A stretch of DNA of 62,217 nt from an uncultured Bacilli bacterium. Lineage in GTDB: Bacteria > Bacillota_I > Bacilli_A > RF39 > UBA660. This document shows positions 1 through 9,334 of this stretch, one piece after another (position 1 is the stretch's first letter; each line of letters opens with the position of its first letter). Both the position numbers and the translations under genes were made by a program. The DNA lies in assembly GCA_910586295.1 (NCBI GenBank), contig CAJUGE010000090.1, positions 1-62,217 on the forward strand, given 5' to 3'. A model generated the notes under the pieces. It was not told where the DNA came from, ran no database searches, and saw only the letters and a program-made list of their open reading frames with translations.

Positions 1-112
1 GACTAGGGGAATTTAGGCCTGTGGAGGGTGAGAACCCGAAGAAGCAGGAAAAGAGAGTTGTGAAGCTCTCCAAAATGAGTGAATTATTACGTAGTTTTAA
101 TTTACTTTTGTT
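1..112 (+). mobile_element. Right end (RE) of an IS200/IS605-family tnpB element that lies mostly upstream of the window; probable omega-RNA scaffold region
   Basis: nt 1-55 and 80-112 align with 19224-19310 (gactagg..gcct..gagg..aggaaaagag / tgaattattacgtagttt..ttttgtt). Copy 1 has an extra 24-nt hairpin block at 56-79. The window's right edge carries the matching left end plus a tnpB start. Confidence 0.45.
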
Positions 113-143
113 CTATAAGAAAGTCATACTTAAATTTTTTTAA
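3..143 (+). CDS. Possible 3' end of a tnpB CDS (5'-partial); the true stop is uncertain
   Basis: Frame 3 is open from the window edge to a TAA at 141-143, which is unusual for AT-rich DNA. It reads LGEFRPVEGENPKKQEK..., reminiscent of the CGE-x-VRP...KQE tail common in TnpB/OrfB proteins. The ORF runs past the apparent repeat boundary at 112, so the end is doubtful. Confidence 0.25.
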   Translation, partial: LGEFRPVEGENPKKQEKRVVKLSKMSELLRSFNLLLFYKKVILKFF

Positions 144-160
144 GTGATGCGAAAAAACGT

Positions 161-189
161 TTGACACACTAACAAACGTATGTTATCAT
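161..189 (+). promoter_or_regulatory. Sigma-A-type promoter upstream of the acetyltransferase gene
   Basis: TTGACA (161-166), 17-nt spacer, TATCAT (184-189). Confidence 0.5.
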
Positions 190-209
190 TAATGTGGGAG
201 TGAGATAAA

Positions 210-956
210 ATGAATGAATATGTAAATTTAACATTAGAAAATATTGATGAGGAACATATATGTTGCGCTATTGGGGATAAAAAACACCAAGTAGGTGTAG
301 AATGTAAGAAGAATTGGATTAAAAGCAAAATGAATGAGGGGCATGTTTTTAGAAAATTGAATGTTAGAGGGAAAGTTTTTATAGAATACGAGCCAATAGA
401 AACTGCTTGGGTGCCTATAATAGGAAAGAATTATGAATATATTTATTGTTTATGGGTAGCAGGAAGTTATAAAGGAAAAGGTATTGCTAAAGAATTACTT
501 GAATATGCAATAAATGATTCTAAGGAAAAGGGCAAGAGTGGAATATGTACGTTAACTTCTAAAAAGAAAAAACCTTTTATAGGGGAAAAACAGTTCTATC
601 TTCATTATAGATTTAAGGTTGTAGATGAAATAGGAGATTATGAATTATTAGCACTTCAATTTGATGATAATAAAACACCTAAATTTAATGATAATGCTAG
701 AAATATGAAAATAGATAGTGAAGACTTTACAATTTATTATAGTAACGAGTGTCCTTATGTAGAGTATGAAGTAAAAGAGTTATCTGAATATGCAAAAGAA
801 AAAAATATTAAAATTAACTTTATAAAAATAGATACACTGGAAAAAGCCAAAAATGCTCCTTGTATATTTAATAACTGGGCTAATTTTTATAAGGGAGAGT
901 TTATATCAAATACCATACTAAATGCTAATTCATTTGAAAAAATGATTAATAAATAA
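210..956 (+). CDS. GNAT-family N-acetyltransferase with a YoaP-like C-terminal domain
   Basis: Acetyl-CoA-binding-type motif WVAGSYKGKGIAKELLEYA. The cysteine-containing C-terminal half (ECPYVEYEVKEL...APCIFNNWANFYKGEF) resembles YoaP-like domains. Confidence 0.7.
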   Translation: MNEYVNLTLENIDEEHICCAIGDKKHQVGVECKKNWIKSKMNEGHVFRKLNVRGKVFIEYEPIETAWVPIIGKNYEYIYCLWVAGSYKGKGIAKELLEYAINDSKEKGKSGICTLTSKKKKPFIGEKQFYLHYRFKVVDEIGDYELLALQFDDNKTPKFNDNARNMKIDSEDFTIYYSNECPYVEYEVKELSEYAKEKNIKINFIKIDTLEKAKNAPCIFNNWANFYKGEFISNTILNANSFEKMINK

Positions 957-957
957 G

Positions 958-1845
958 ATGGAATTTATAAAGACAAAAACAATACTTTCTAAAGTGAAAT
1001 ATGGTAATGAGTGGTATGGTATTGATTATAATATGAACTTATATAGAGGGTGTTCTCATGGATGTGTTTATTGTGACTCAAGAAGTAATTGTTATCATAT
1101 AGAAAATTTTGATATAGTTAGGGGAAAAGAAAATGCTCTTAATATTTTAGAACAAGAACTGTTTAAAAAAAGAGAAAAGGGCGTCATTGGGATTGGTTCT
1201 ATGTCTGATACTTATAATCCATTAGAAGAAGTTTATGAGATTACTAGAGGGGCTTTAAGAATTATATCTAAATATGGTTTTGGAGTTTCTATTGATACTA
1301 AGAGTGATTTAATTTTAAGGGATTTAGATTTATTAAAGAAAATAAATGAAAGGAATAATGTAATTGTTAAATTTACTATAACAACACCTAGTGATGAATT
1401 ATCAAAAATAATCGAACCTAATGTATGTGTGTCTTCTAAAAGGTTACAGGTGATTAAAGAATTAAGTGATAATGGAATATTTGTAGGTATTATAATGAAT
1501 CCAGTTTTACCATTTATAACAGATAGCGAGGAGGATATAAGAGAGTTAGTTAAGCTTGCGTATGAAAATGGTGCTAAGTTTATTCATACTTTTATGGGTA
1601 TGACTTTAAGAGAAAATCAAAGAGATTATTATTTTGAGAAATTAAATCAAAATTTTGTTGGAATAAAAGAAAAACACTTTAAATACTACGCGAATAAATA
1701 CAATTGTGTAGTGCCTAATTATAAAAAGTTATATAAGATATTTACTGATGAGTGTAATAAGTATGAAATCTTATATAATATGAATGATATAATTAATGTA
1801 TATAAAAAAGAAATTAAGGATAATGAACAAATATCTTTGTTTTGA
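958..1845 (+). CDS. Radical SAM protein, SplB/Rv2578c-like (DNA-photolyase-like COG1533 group)
   Basis: CxxxCxxC cluster motif (RGCSHGCVYCDSR) near the N-terminus. Size and layout are typical of SPL-family radical SAM proteins. The start lies 2 nt after the preceding stop. Confidence 0.7.
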   Translation: MEFIKTKTILSKVKYGNEWYGIDYNMNLYRGCSHGCVYCDSRSNCYHIENFDIVRGKENALNILEQELFKKREKGVIGIGSMSDTYNPLEEVYEITRGALRIISKYGFGVSIDTKSDLILRDLDLLKKINERNNVIVKFTITTPSDELSKIIEPNVCVSSKRLQVIKELSDNGIFVGIIMNPVLPFITDSEEDIRELVKLAYENGAKFIHTFMGMTLRENQRDYYFEKLNQNFVGIKEKHFKYYANKYNCVVPNYKKLYKIFTDECNKYEILYNMNDIINVYKKEIKDNEQISLF

Positions 1846-2133
1846 TAATTTATGAGTGTAAATAATGTATTAAGATTAACTTTCATAACAAAATTAAATA
1901 ATATTTCTTTAAATGGCAAAACGATTGTAAATGAAATTAGAACAAGAATATGAAATTAAAACCTTTTAAAATCATAGTAGTGCAGGAGATGTACTTACTC
2001 AAGTTTATGTTATTAAAAAAATGTCCTAGTTGCAAATGCACTTGAAAGTATGAATACACTATGATATTATAAATACGTTGATGGATAGCAAATAAGCATT
2101 TTATTAAAATATAACTATAGAAAGGTATTAATA

Positions 2134-2937
2134 ATGATATATTTAAAAAATAATACAAATGAAAGAACAGAAAATTGGAAAGATGAAGAAATCTATATAT
2201 TAACTGACTTTGATAGAACTCTTACACTAGGGAGCAGTTTAACATCTTGGAGCATATTATCAAAAAGTGATAAAGTTCCAAAAAATTATGTAGAAGAAAG
2301 AAACGCTTTTTATGAACATTATAGACCTATAGAAATAGATGAAACTTTAGACTATGATACAAAAAATAAACTTATGAAAGAATGGTGGACTAATCACATA
2401 AATCTTTTTGTTAAATACAAAATTAGTGAAGAAGTTATTAATACATCAGCAAGAGACTTAAGAGTAATGTCGTTTAGAAGTGGTGCAAAAGAATTTCTAA
2501 CCAATATGAAGAATAGAAAAATACCAGTTATAATAATATCAGCAGGAATTGGTAATTTTATCAAACAGTTTTTAATAGATAATGAAGTATTTTATGACAA
2601 TATATTTATAGTATCAAACTTTATAAAGTTTGAAAATGGCTATGCAGTTGGAGTAGAGGACAATATTACACATTCTTTAAATAAAAATGAGGTATCAATG
2701 CCAGAAAATGTAAAAGCGTATCTTGAAGGAAGAAATAATATAATTTTATTAGGAGATGGTCTTTCGGATATAAGAATGGCTAGTGAAGAAAAAAGACAAG
2801 AAGCATTAAAAATAGGATTTTTAGAAGAGAATGTTACAGAAAATATGGATATTTTTAGAGAAAGCTTTGATGTTGTTGCTACAGATAATACAGGTTTTAA
2901 TGAATTAAATGAACACTTAAAAGTGTTAAAAAGATAG
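2134..2937 (+). CDS. HAD-superfamily pyrimidine 5'-nucleotidase, UMPH-1/NT5C3-like
   Basis: DxDxT motif (LTDFDRTLT). Blocks IPVIIISAGIGNFIKQFL, IVSNFIKFENG and NNIILLGDGLSDIRMA parallel the human NT5C3 blocks IPVFIFSAGIGDVLEEVI, VVSNFMDFDETG and SNIILLGDSQGDLRMA (recalled from memory). Confidence 0.65.
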   Translation: MIYLKNNTNERTENWKDEEIYILTDFDRTLTLGSSLTSWSILSKSDKVPKNYVEERNAFYEHYRPIEIDETLDYDTKNKLMKEWWTNHINLFVKYKISEEVINTSARDLRVMSFRSGAKEFLTNMKNRKIPVIIISAGIGNFIKQFLIDNEVFYDNIFIVSNFIKFENGYAVGVEDNITHSLNKNEVSMPENVKAYLEGRNNIILLGDGLSDIRMASEEKRQEALKIGFLEENVTENMDIFRESFDVVATDNTGFNELNEHLKVLKR

Positions 2938-2991
2938 TTTTCCTTGTAAAATAAAGGAAATTGTCATATAATATATGAGAGGTATGGAAAA

Positions 2992-3204
2992 ATGGATATA
3001 GTATTAATGATAGTAAGTATCCTTTTAATAGCTATAGTACTTCTTCAAAGTAATAAGGCTAGTGATGCTGGTCAAATAATTACTGGAGGTAATAGCATGT
3101 TGATGGGACAGATGAAAGAAAGAGGAGCAGAAAAGTTTATAACTAGATTAACCTATATATTAGGAATATTGTTTCTAGCAATAACACTTTTCATGGGATT
3201 CTAA
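2992..3204 (+). CDS. secG: Preprotein translocase subunit SecG
   Basis: 70-aa two-TM protein. The signature LLQSNKASDAGQIITGG and the position directly upstream of rnr-smpB are typical of Firmicutes. Confidence 0.8.
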   Translation: MDIVLMIVSILLIAIVLLQSNKASDAGQIITGGNSMLMGQMKERGAEKFITRLTYILGILFLAITLFMGF

Positions 3205-3207
3205 TAG

Positions 3208-3234
3208 ACAAAGTGAAATACCTTTGTTTTTTTC
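3208..3234 (+). terminator. Rho-independent terminator after secG
   Basis: Stem acaaag/ctttgt followed by a T-run. Confidence 0.55.
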
Positions 3235-3281
3235 TTTCTAAAATGGTACAATATTATATATAAAGAATAAGGTGATAATAT

Positions 3282-5378
3282 ATGAAAGATAAAATAATAA
3301 AAGTATTAAAAAGTTATGGGGGAAGAAAAGTAAATCCTATAGAAATAGTAAGTAAAATTAAAAAGAATTATAGTTCTAGTGATATAAGAGAGGTTTATGA
3401 AATACTTGAAGGTCTTACAAATGATGGAGTGGTAATTGAATGTAAAAAGAATACATTTAAACTTGCGACAAATGAATACCAAAAAGTTAAAATTGAAGTG
3501 GTTGGAAGTGGAAATGCCTGGGCTTTAATACCTACAGGAGATATTTTTATAGACAAAAGAAATCTAAAAAATGCTCAAGATGGAGATATATGCTTAATTG
3601 AAACATTTAAACGTGGTGGTAGTCTAGAAGCAAGAGTAAAAAAGATAGTAGAAAGAAATCTGCCTCTAGGAGAGATCTGTATAGATAATGAAGTGACTTA
3701 TGTTCGTCCATTAAAGCTTTATCCGTTTGATTTAGTTTTGCAAGAAAATCCTAACATATCAGTAGTTGAAGGAGAAATTGTTAGATTAAAAAGTGTAAGA
3801 GAAGATAACAAATGTCTTTTTGTTAAAGTAATAGAAAAAATAGGACATAAAAATGCTCCAGACATTGATACGTTAAAGATAATGGCAGAACTAGAAGTGC
3901 CAACTGGATTTAGTGAAGAAACAAGACGCGAAGTAGAAAAACTGCCAAAAGAAGTATTGCCAGAAGACTATAAAGGACGTGAAGATTTAACAAAAGAAAT
4001 GATTTTCACAATAGATGGAAAGGACACAAAAGACATAGACGATGCCATAGGATTAAAAATTTTAGACAATGGAAATTACTTGTTAAATGTATCTATCGCA
4101 GATGTTTCAAGATATGTTAGTTTTGGTGATGCTATATTTTCTGATGCATATAACAAAGGAAATTCAACCTACATGGCGGACAGAGTAGAACCTATGCTTC
4201 CTGTAGAATTAAGTAATGGTATATGTTCACTTAATCCAAATGTTGAAAGATGTGCGGTATCTTGTGAAATGGAATATGATAAACTAGGTAACTTAGTAAA
4301 CAAAAGATTATTTCCAAGTATAATAAAATCAAGAAAGAAAATGAATTATGATGATGTAAACAAAGTATTTGAAGGAAACACGCCTAAAGACTATGAAGAA
4401 TTTGAAAGCACACTTCTTAAAATGTTAGAATTATCTAAAATACTAAAGAAAAGAAAACTAGAGCGTGGAGAAATAGAGTTTGAATCAAGTGAAATAAAAC
4501 TAATCGTGGATGAAAATGGAAAAGTAACTGATATAAAGAAAAGAAAACAAGGTATAGGAGAAAACTTAATAGAAGATTTTATGATAGCAAGTAATGAAGC
4601 ATCAATAGAAATAATAACTAGTATGTGTGACACAGGACTTTATAGAATACATGGTAAACCTAATCCTAAAAAAATAGAAGAATTTATAAAATTTGTAAGT
4701 ACTCTAGGATATCAATTAACAGGGAAATTTAATTACGACGATATTACAAATAGAGATATGCAACTTATTATGAAACAACTTTGTGACAAACCTGACTACG
4801 AAATTATAAGTACTAAAATGTTAAGAAGTATGCAAAAAGCAATATATAGTACAGACAACATAGGTCACTTTGGACTTGCAAGTCCTAAATACACTCACGA
4901 GACAAGCCCTATAAGAAGGTTTTGCGATTTACTTATACATTACTTAATAAAGATAGTAGTATTTGATATAAATGTAGGTGTTACTCTTGAACAATTATCA
5001 AGTGGATTAAATGAAGCGGCAGAACATATAAGCATGACTGAAAGAAGAAGTGATGAATGTGAATATGCAGTAAATGATATGAAAATAGCAGAATATATGG
5101 AAAATCACATAGGGGATGAATATGATGCGATAGTAGATGGCTTACTAAAAACAGGTTTCTTTGTAGAAACAGAAAAATATGTAAGTGGTTTTGTTAGCCT
5201 AGATACTATAAACGACTATTACACAATAAGCGATGACAATCTATATTACACTAATAGAAAAAAACAGGTTGCATTAAAACTCGGAGACAAAGTTCGCGTA
5301 AGATGTATTGCCGCCTCAAAAGAAACAAGACATGTTGATTTTATACTTATAGGAAGTGAAAAAGATGGAAATATTTAA
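3282..5378 (+). CDS. rnr: Ribonuclease R
   Basis: RNB catalytic motifs (TIDGKDTKDIDDAIG; HFGLASPKYTHETSPIRRFCDLLIH) and a C-terminal S1-like region. Located upstream of smpB. Confidence 0.9.
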   Translation: MKDKIIKVLKSYGGRKVNPIEIVSKIKKNYSSSDIREVYEILEGLTNDGVVIECKKNTFKLATNEYQKVKIEVVGSGNAWALIPTGDIFIDKRNLKNAQDGDICLIETFKRGGSLEARVKKIVERNLPLGEICIDNEVTYVRPLKLYPFDLVLQENPNISVVEGEIVRLKSVREDNKCLFVKVIEKIGHKNAPDIDTLKIMAELEVPTGFSEETRREVEKLPKEVLPEDYKGREDLTKEMIFTIDGKDTKDIDDAIGLKILDNGNYLLNVSIADVSRYVSFGDAIFSDAYNKGNSTYMADRVEPMLPVELSNGICSLNPNVERCAVSCEMEYDKLGNLVNKRLFPSIIKSRKKMNYDDVNKVFEGNTPKDYEEFESTLLKMLELSKILKKRKLERGEIEFESSEIKLIVDENGKVTDIKKRKQGIGENLIEDFMIASNEASIEIITSMCDTGLYRIHGKPNPKKIEEFIKFVSTLGYQLTGKFNYDDITNRDMQLIMKQLCDKPDYEIISTKMLRSMQKAIYSTDNIGHFGLASPKYTHETSPIRRFCDLLIHYLIKIVVFDINVGVTLEQLSSGLNEAAEHISMTERRSDECEYAVNDMKIAEYMENHIGDEYDAIVDGLLKTGFFVETEKYVSGFVSLDTINDYYTISDDNLYYTNRKKQVALKLGDKVRVRCIAASKETRHVDFILIGSEKDGNI

Positions 5379-5787
5379 TAGAAAAGCAAAATTTAACTAC
5401 TTCATAGAAAATGAAATTGAATGTGGTATTGAACTAAAAGGAACTGAAATAAAAAGTATAAGAAAAGGCTCAGTAAGTTTAGATGATGCTTATGCAAGAA
5501 TAAAAAAAGGCGAAGTAGTTCTAACTAATATGTATGTTGCTAAATATGAAGAAGGTAATAGATTCAATCATGATGAAAGACGTGAAAGAAAACTATTACT
5601 TCATAAAACCGAAATAAAAAAACTTGATAAGCAAATAGAACTTAATCATTACACTTTAATTCCTTTAAAACTTTACTTGAAAAAAGGAAAAGCAAAAATA
5701 CTTCTGGGAGTTTGTAAAGGTAAAAAACTTTATGATAAAAGAGAAACAATAAAAAAACGTGATTTAGAAAGAGAAGGAAGATATTAA
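5365..5787 (+). CDS. smpB: SsrA-binding protein SmpB
   Basis: NRKAKFNYFIE..GIELKGTEIKSIR..ERRERKLLLHK is the SmpB signature. ATG 5365 is preferred over GTG 5356 because the SD aggaag lies 8 nt upstream. Confidence 0.9.
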   Translation: MEIFNRKAKFNYFIENEIECGIELKGTEIKSIRKGSVSLDDAYARIKKGEVVLTNMYVAKYEEGNRFNHDERRERKLLLHKTEIKKLDKQIELNHYTLIPLKLYLKKGKAKILLGVCKGKKLYDKRETIKKRDLEREGRY

Positions 5788-5802
5788 ATAATTATTTACG
5801 AT

Positions 5803-5830
5803 AAAAATCCAGAATTTTTTCTGGTTTTTT
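5803..5830 (+). terminator. Rho-independent terminator after smpB
   Basis: aatccagaa / ttctggtt stem followed by TTTTTT. Confidence 0.65.
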
Positions 5831-6003
5831 AAATGGTATTAAGTTTTAAAAATTATTAAGCTATATAAATGATTTGGTGTATAAACTCTGTTGAAAAGAA
5901 TAACATAAATAATGAGAAACTTAAGAATATTGTGGACGAAGAATGCTACATATTTATTTTTGTTTTTAATATAAAATTAAATCATGAAATAGGTGATGAC
6001 TTT

Positions 6004-6336
6004 ATGAACAAAGAAGAGTTTAATAAATTATTGAGAGAAACTGATATCTATAGTCGCGAAGAGTATAATAAGATAGTATTACTATTAAAACATAACCTAT
6101 GTCAAAATATAAGAATTGCAAGAAAGTTATCAAAGAAATCACCAGAAGAAGCTTCCGCCTTATTGGGGCTTGAACCTCAATCTTTGAGAAGAATAGAAGC
6201 ATTAAATGATAGAGATGATATATCTTTAAGAGTATTGATGTTAGCTGTTATGGTCTATGATATGAATGCGGACTTTTATTTCAAAGATTGGAAAGAAAAT
6301 GAAAAATTATTAACAACAAATATAGAGAAACATTAG
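6004..6336 (+). CDS. Small XRE-like helix-turn-helix protein (putative)
   Basis: NIRIARKLSKKSPEEASALLGLEPQSLRRIEAL fits an HTH_XRE pattern. ATG 6004 has the SD aggtga. The longer ORF starting at 5869 has no SD. Confidence 0.45.
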   Translation: MNKEEFNKLLRETDIYSREEYNKIVLLLKHNLCQNIRIARKLSKKSPEEASALLGLEPQSLRRIEALNDRDDISLRVLMLAVMVYDMNADFYFKDWKENEKLLTTNIEKH

Positions 6337-6629
6337 GTTTTCTCTATATCTTCAATGACTTTAAACCAGTAACTAAAAAAGTTAATATTTACTTTATACA
6401 ATGCTTGAGAACAAGTGTTTTTAAAGATAGACAAATCCCAAAAGTATTTATCACGCTTTTCAATGATTCCTAAGTGATAAGTATTTTTTTGTGTTCTTAT
6501 TTCAATAAAACGTCTATCTATTAACACATTCCATTTTCTATTTTTATAATATTCAATAAAAGCATTTAAGTCATTGTGTTTGAAAAATAAGTTTAATTGT
6601 TCAAGTAAAATTCCAGAATTATATCTCAC
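6333..6629 (-). CDS. Hypothetical protein
   Basis: ORF with a GTG start at 6629 preceded by a strong SD (aaaggaggag). The tracked TTG start at 6668 lacks an SD. Its 3' end overlaps the convergent HTH gene by 4 nt. Confidence 0.4.
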   Translation of the reverse strand: MRYNSGILLEQLNLFFKHNDLNAFIEYYKNRKWNVLIDRRFIEIRTQKNTYHLGIIEKRDKYFWDLSIFKNTCSQALYKVNINFFSYWFKVIEDIEKT

Positions 6630-6946
6630 AAAAGTATCTCCTCCTTTCTTTATAATATAAAGTACCAATTACATATTGTTACTTTATGTAATTATATCAT
6701 ATAAAATTAAAGGAAAAAGGAACAGTAAAAACCACTATATCAAGTGGTTATATAAAATAATTATAATTGTAATTTAGGTTTATAATCTTCTTTATATATA
6801 AAAAGTTAATATTGAATTAGTTTAACTTTATGAGAATTTATAGTTTAAATGGAATATAGATGAGCAAACTTATTAGAAAATAATCAAAAATAATTAACAA
6901 AGTGGAAATCACATGATATAATAATTACAAGAAATGAGGGACTAAA

Positions 6947-8329
6947 ATGAAATTAGATATAAAAGAATTACATGAAAGATATCAAGAATTATTAAATAAA
7001 GAAGTAATAGTTGAAGGTTGGATTAAAAGTCATAGGCGTCAAAAGGACTTTGGGTTTATAGATTTTACTGACGGAACTTGTTTTAAAAGTATTCAAGTGG
7101 TATATACTAGTGAGCAAACTTCATTTGAAGATATATCAAAAATGGCTATAGGTTGCGCAATATGTGTAGAAGGAACTTTAATTGAATCAGAAGGTTCTGG
7201 ACAAGAATACGAAATTAAAGCTTCGAATATTACATTGTTAGGTGGAGTAGATGATGATTATCCGCTTCAATCAAAGGGTAGGCCCACTAGAGAATTTTTA
7301 AGAGAAGTAGGACATCTTCGTCCTAGAACAAATCTTTTTAATGCAGTATTTAGAGTTCGTAGTGTAGCTGCATTCGCAATACATAAATATTTCAATGAAA
7401 ATGGATTTGTTTATTTTCATGCTCCTATAATAACTGCAAGTGATTGTGAAGGTGCTGGAGAAATGTTTCAAGTAACAACTCTTGATTTGGATAAACTTAC
7501 AGGACAAAAGGAAGTACCATACGATAAAGATTTTTTTGGCAAAAAAGCAAGTCTTACGGTGTCTGGACAATTAGAAGCTGAGACATTTGCATTAGCTTAT
7601 AAAAAAACTTATACATTTGGTCCTACTTTTAGAGCGGAAAACTCAAATACTAAGACACATGCTAATGAATTTTGGATGATAGAGCCAGAAATGGCATTTA
7701 CTGATTTAAATGGTGATATGGATGTAATGGAATCTATGTTAAAATATGTAGTAAAATATGTTCTAGATACTTGTTCAGATGAGATGGAATTTTTTGATAA
7801 ATTTGTAGAAAATGGATTACTTGCTAAACTTCATAAACTAATTAATAGTAGTTTTACAAGAATAAAACATGAAGACGTGATAACAATTCTAAAAAACGCG
7901 GATGTGAAATGGGAATTCCCGCCTGAATATGGAGAAGATATAGCCAAAGAACATGAAAAATATATAACAGAACACTTTGATGGACCAGTTTTTATAACAG
8001 ATTGGCCTAAGGATATAAAAGCATTTTATATGAAACAAAACCCAGATGGAAAAACAGTTGCAGCAGTGGACTTAGAAGTGCCTGGTGCTGGAGAACTAAT
8101 GGGTGGTTCTCAAAGAGAAGAAGACTTTGATAAACTTACTAATAGAATGAAAGAACTAGGACTTCCGTTAGAAGAAATGAAATGGTATACTGACCTTAGA
8201 AGATTTGGAGGTTGTTATCACTCAGGATTTGGAATGGGGTTTGAAAGATTACTTATTTATATAACTGGTGTGGAAAATATAAGGGATGTAATACCATTCC
8301 CAAGAACGCCAGGAAATTGTGAATTTTAA
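6947..8329 (+). CDS. asnS: Asparagine--tRNA ligase
   Basis: Class IIb aaRS motifs (FRAENSNTKTHANEFWMIEPE; GGSQREE; GFGMGFERL). The 460-aa length and N-terminal OB fold are typical of AsnRS. Confidence 0.9.
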   Translation: MKLDIKELHERYQELLNKEVIVEGWIKSHRRQKDFGFIDFTDGTCFKSIQVVYTSEQTSFEDISKMAIGCAICVEGTLIESEGSGQEYEIKASNITLLGGVDDDYPLQSKGRPTREFLREVGHLRPRTNLFNAVFRVRSVAAFAIHKYFNENGFVYFHAPIITASDCEGAGEMFQVTTLDLDKLTGQKEVPYDKDFFGKKASLTVSGQLEAETFALAYKKTYTFGPTFRAENSNTKTHANEFWMIEPEMAFTDLNGDMDVMESMLKYVVKYVLDTCSDEMEFFDKFVENGLLAKLHKLINSSFTRIKHEDVITILKNADVKWEFPPEYGEDIAKEHEKYITEHFDGPVFITDWPKDIKAFYMKQNPDGKTVAAVDLEVPGAGELMGGSQREEDFDKLTNRMKELGLPLEEMKWYTDLRRFGGCYHSGFGMGFERLLIYITGVENIRDVIPFPRTPGNCEF

Positions 8330-8347
8330 TTAAAAGGAAGTGAAAGA

Positions 8348-8737
8348 ATGAACTTGAAAATTGAAAATGGAATTTTAGAAAATATTATTTATGTACAGAA
8401 AGGACGTATGTTTAGAATAAAATATAATAATAATATTTATAATGCTATCATAATATTTGACGAAGAAGAATCAGAACAACTAGCAAAGAAATTTGAAGAA
8501 GAAATAGTAGCAAGTGGGAATAAAACTATAAACTTAGTTAGTGATGAAAATAGACTACTTGTTTTAAAAAATGAGTATGGAACATTAATCTTTGCCAAAG
8601 GTTATATAGATGAGAAAATAAATGTAGCATATGACAATTTTGGCTATTTAATGGAACAATATGGGATTACTCCTACAGAATGTCTTAGTAATGTTACTAT
8701 GCAACTATCAAGTGGCAAATTAAAACTTAGTAAATAA
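8348..8737 (+). CDS. Hypothetical protein, small-paralog family member A
   Basis: 18 nt after asnS. The C-terminal half (LLVLKNEYGTLIFAKGYID..YDNFGYLMEQYGITPTE) is homologous to the next three ORFs. Confidence 0.55.
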   Translation: MNLKIENGILENIIYVQKGRMFRIKYNNNIYNAIIIFDEEESEQLAKKFEEEIVASGNKTINLVSDENRLLVLKNEYGTLIFAKGYIDEKINVAYDNFGYLMEQYGITPTECLSNVTMQLSSGKLKLSK

Positions 8738-8740
8738 ATT

Positions 8741-8768
8741 AATGAGCGAATATGCTCATTTTTGTTTT
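8741..8768 (+). terminator. Rho-independent terminator
   Basis: aatgagc / gctcatt stem followed by a T-run. Confidence 0.6.
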
Positions 8769-8922
8769 GCCAACTCACTAATATAGTGATAAAATTAAAA
8801 GTAGGGTGGTTAATGATGAAATAAAAGATATTAATATAGCTAAGATACGATAATGAAGATTTCAAAAATATTTAATGATTTTGCTAAAAAAGAATATAAT
8901 CAATTATGAAAGAGGTAAATTA

Positions 8923-9333
8923 ATGTCTGAAGATTTAGAAATAATTTTAAGGGAAAGTGTAATTTTAGATGTTGAGTCCATAAATGAGACTACTAAAAGA
9001 ATGGTTCTCTTAACAGAAGAAACTCAAAAAGAAGAAATACAATTAAAAGAAAATAGCGATATGACTCATTTTTTAGAATTGGCTTATAAAGGAAAAACTT
9101 TAGGAGAAATAATATATCAAATATATGATGATAAAAATTTATTGGGTTATGCAAGTAACAATGGAAAAGTAATTTTGCTAAAAAATACAGTTGATTATGG
9201 ATACATAGAAAGTGGGTTGACACTAAATCAAACATATTTACATGATAGATATAAAATACCAGAATTTGTATTCGTTATATTGGTACAACAAAAAATAAGA
9301 AATACTAATCGTGTATTAAAGAAAGGACTATAA
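8923..9333 (+). CDS. Hypothetical protein, small-paralog family member B
   Basis: IYDDKNLLGYASNNGKVILLKNTVDYGYIESGLTLNQTYLHDRYKI aligns with member D. ATG 8923 has the SD agaggt. Confidence 0.55.
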   Translation: MSEDLEIILRESVILDVESINETTKRMVLLTEETQKEEIQLKENSDMTHFLELAYKGKTLGEIIYQIYDDKNLLGYASNNGKVILLKNTVDYGYIESGLTLNQTYLHDRYKIPEFVFVILVQQKIRNTNRVLKKGL

Positions 9334-9334
9334 A

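Noticed and set aside
150-190. Similarity between the promoter region at 151-190 (aaaaaacgtttgaca...tatgttatcat) and the one ahead of tnpB at 62095-62135 (aaaaaatgtttgaca...tatgttacact). This raised the idea that the left-edge element extends to about 190.
   Set aside because: The shared positions are essentially the UP-like A-tract, the -35 and the -10 of a consensus promoter. The intervening spacer differs, and the miniature copy at 19310 does not include this segment.
5788-6003. Looked for a tmRNA (ssrA) gene immediately downstream of smpB, a common arrangement.
   Set aside because: After the smpB terminator, the region lacks a GGGG...-type 5' end, a tRNA-like TPsiC arm (GGTTCGA.TCC) and a tag-peptide reading frame. 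It is AT-rich spacer plus the promoter and SD of the HTH gene.
6669-6946. Searched for T-box leaders upstream of asnS and hisS (24045-24128).
   Set aside because: No AGAGA/GGUGNRA stem-I elements or (A)AxxGGGUGGUACCGCG-like T-box sequence was found. The hisS upstream gap is too short, and the asnS upstream region shows only a promoter-like TGaTATAAT.
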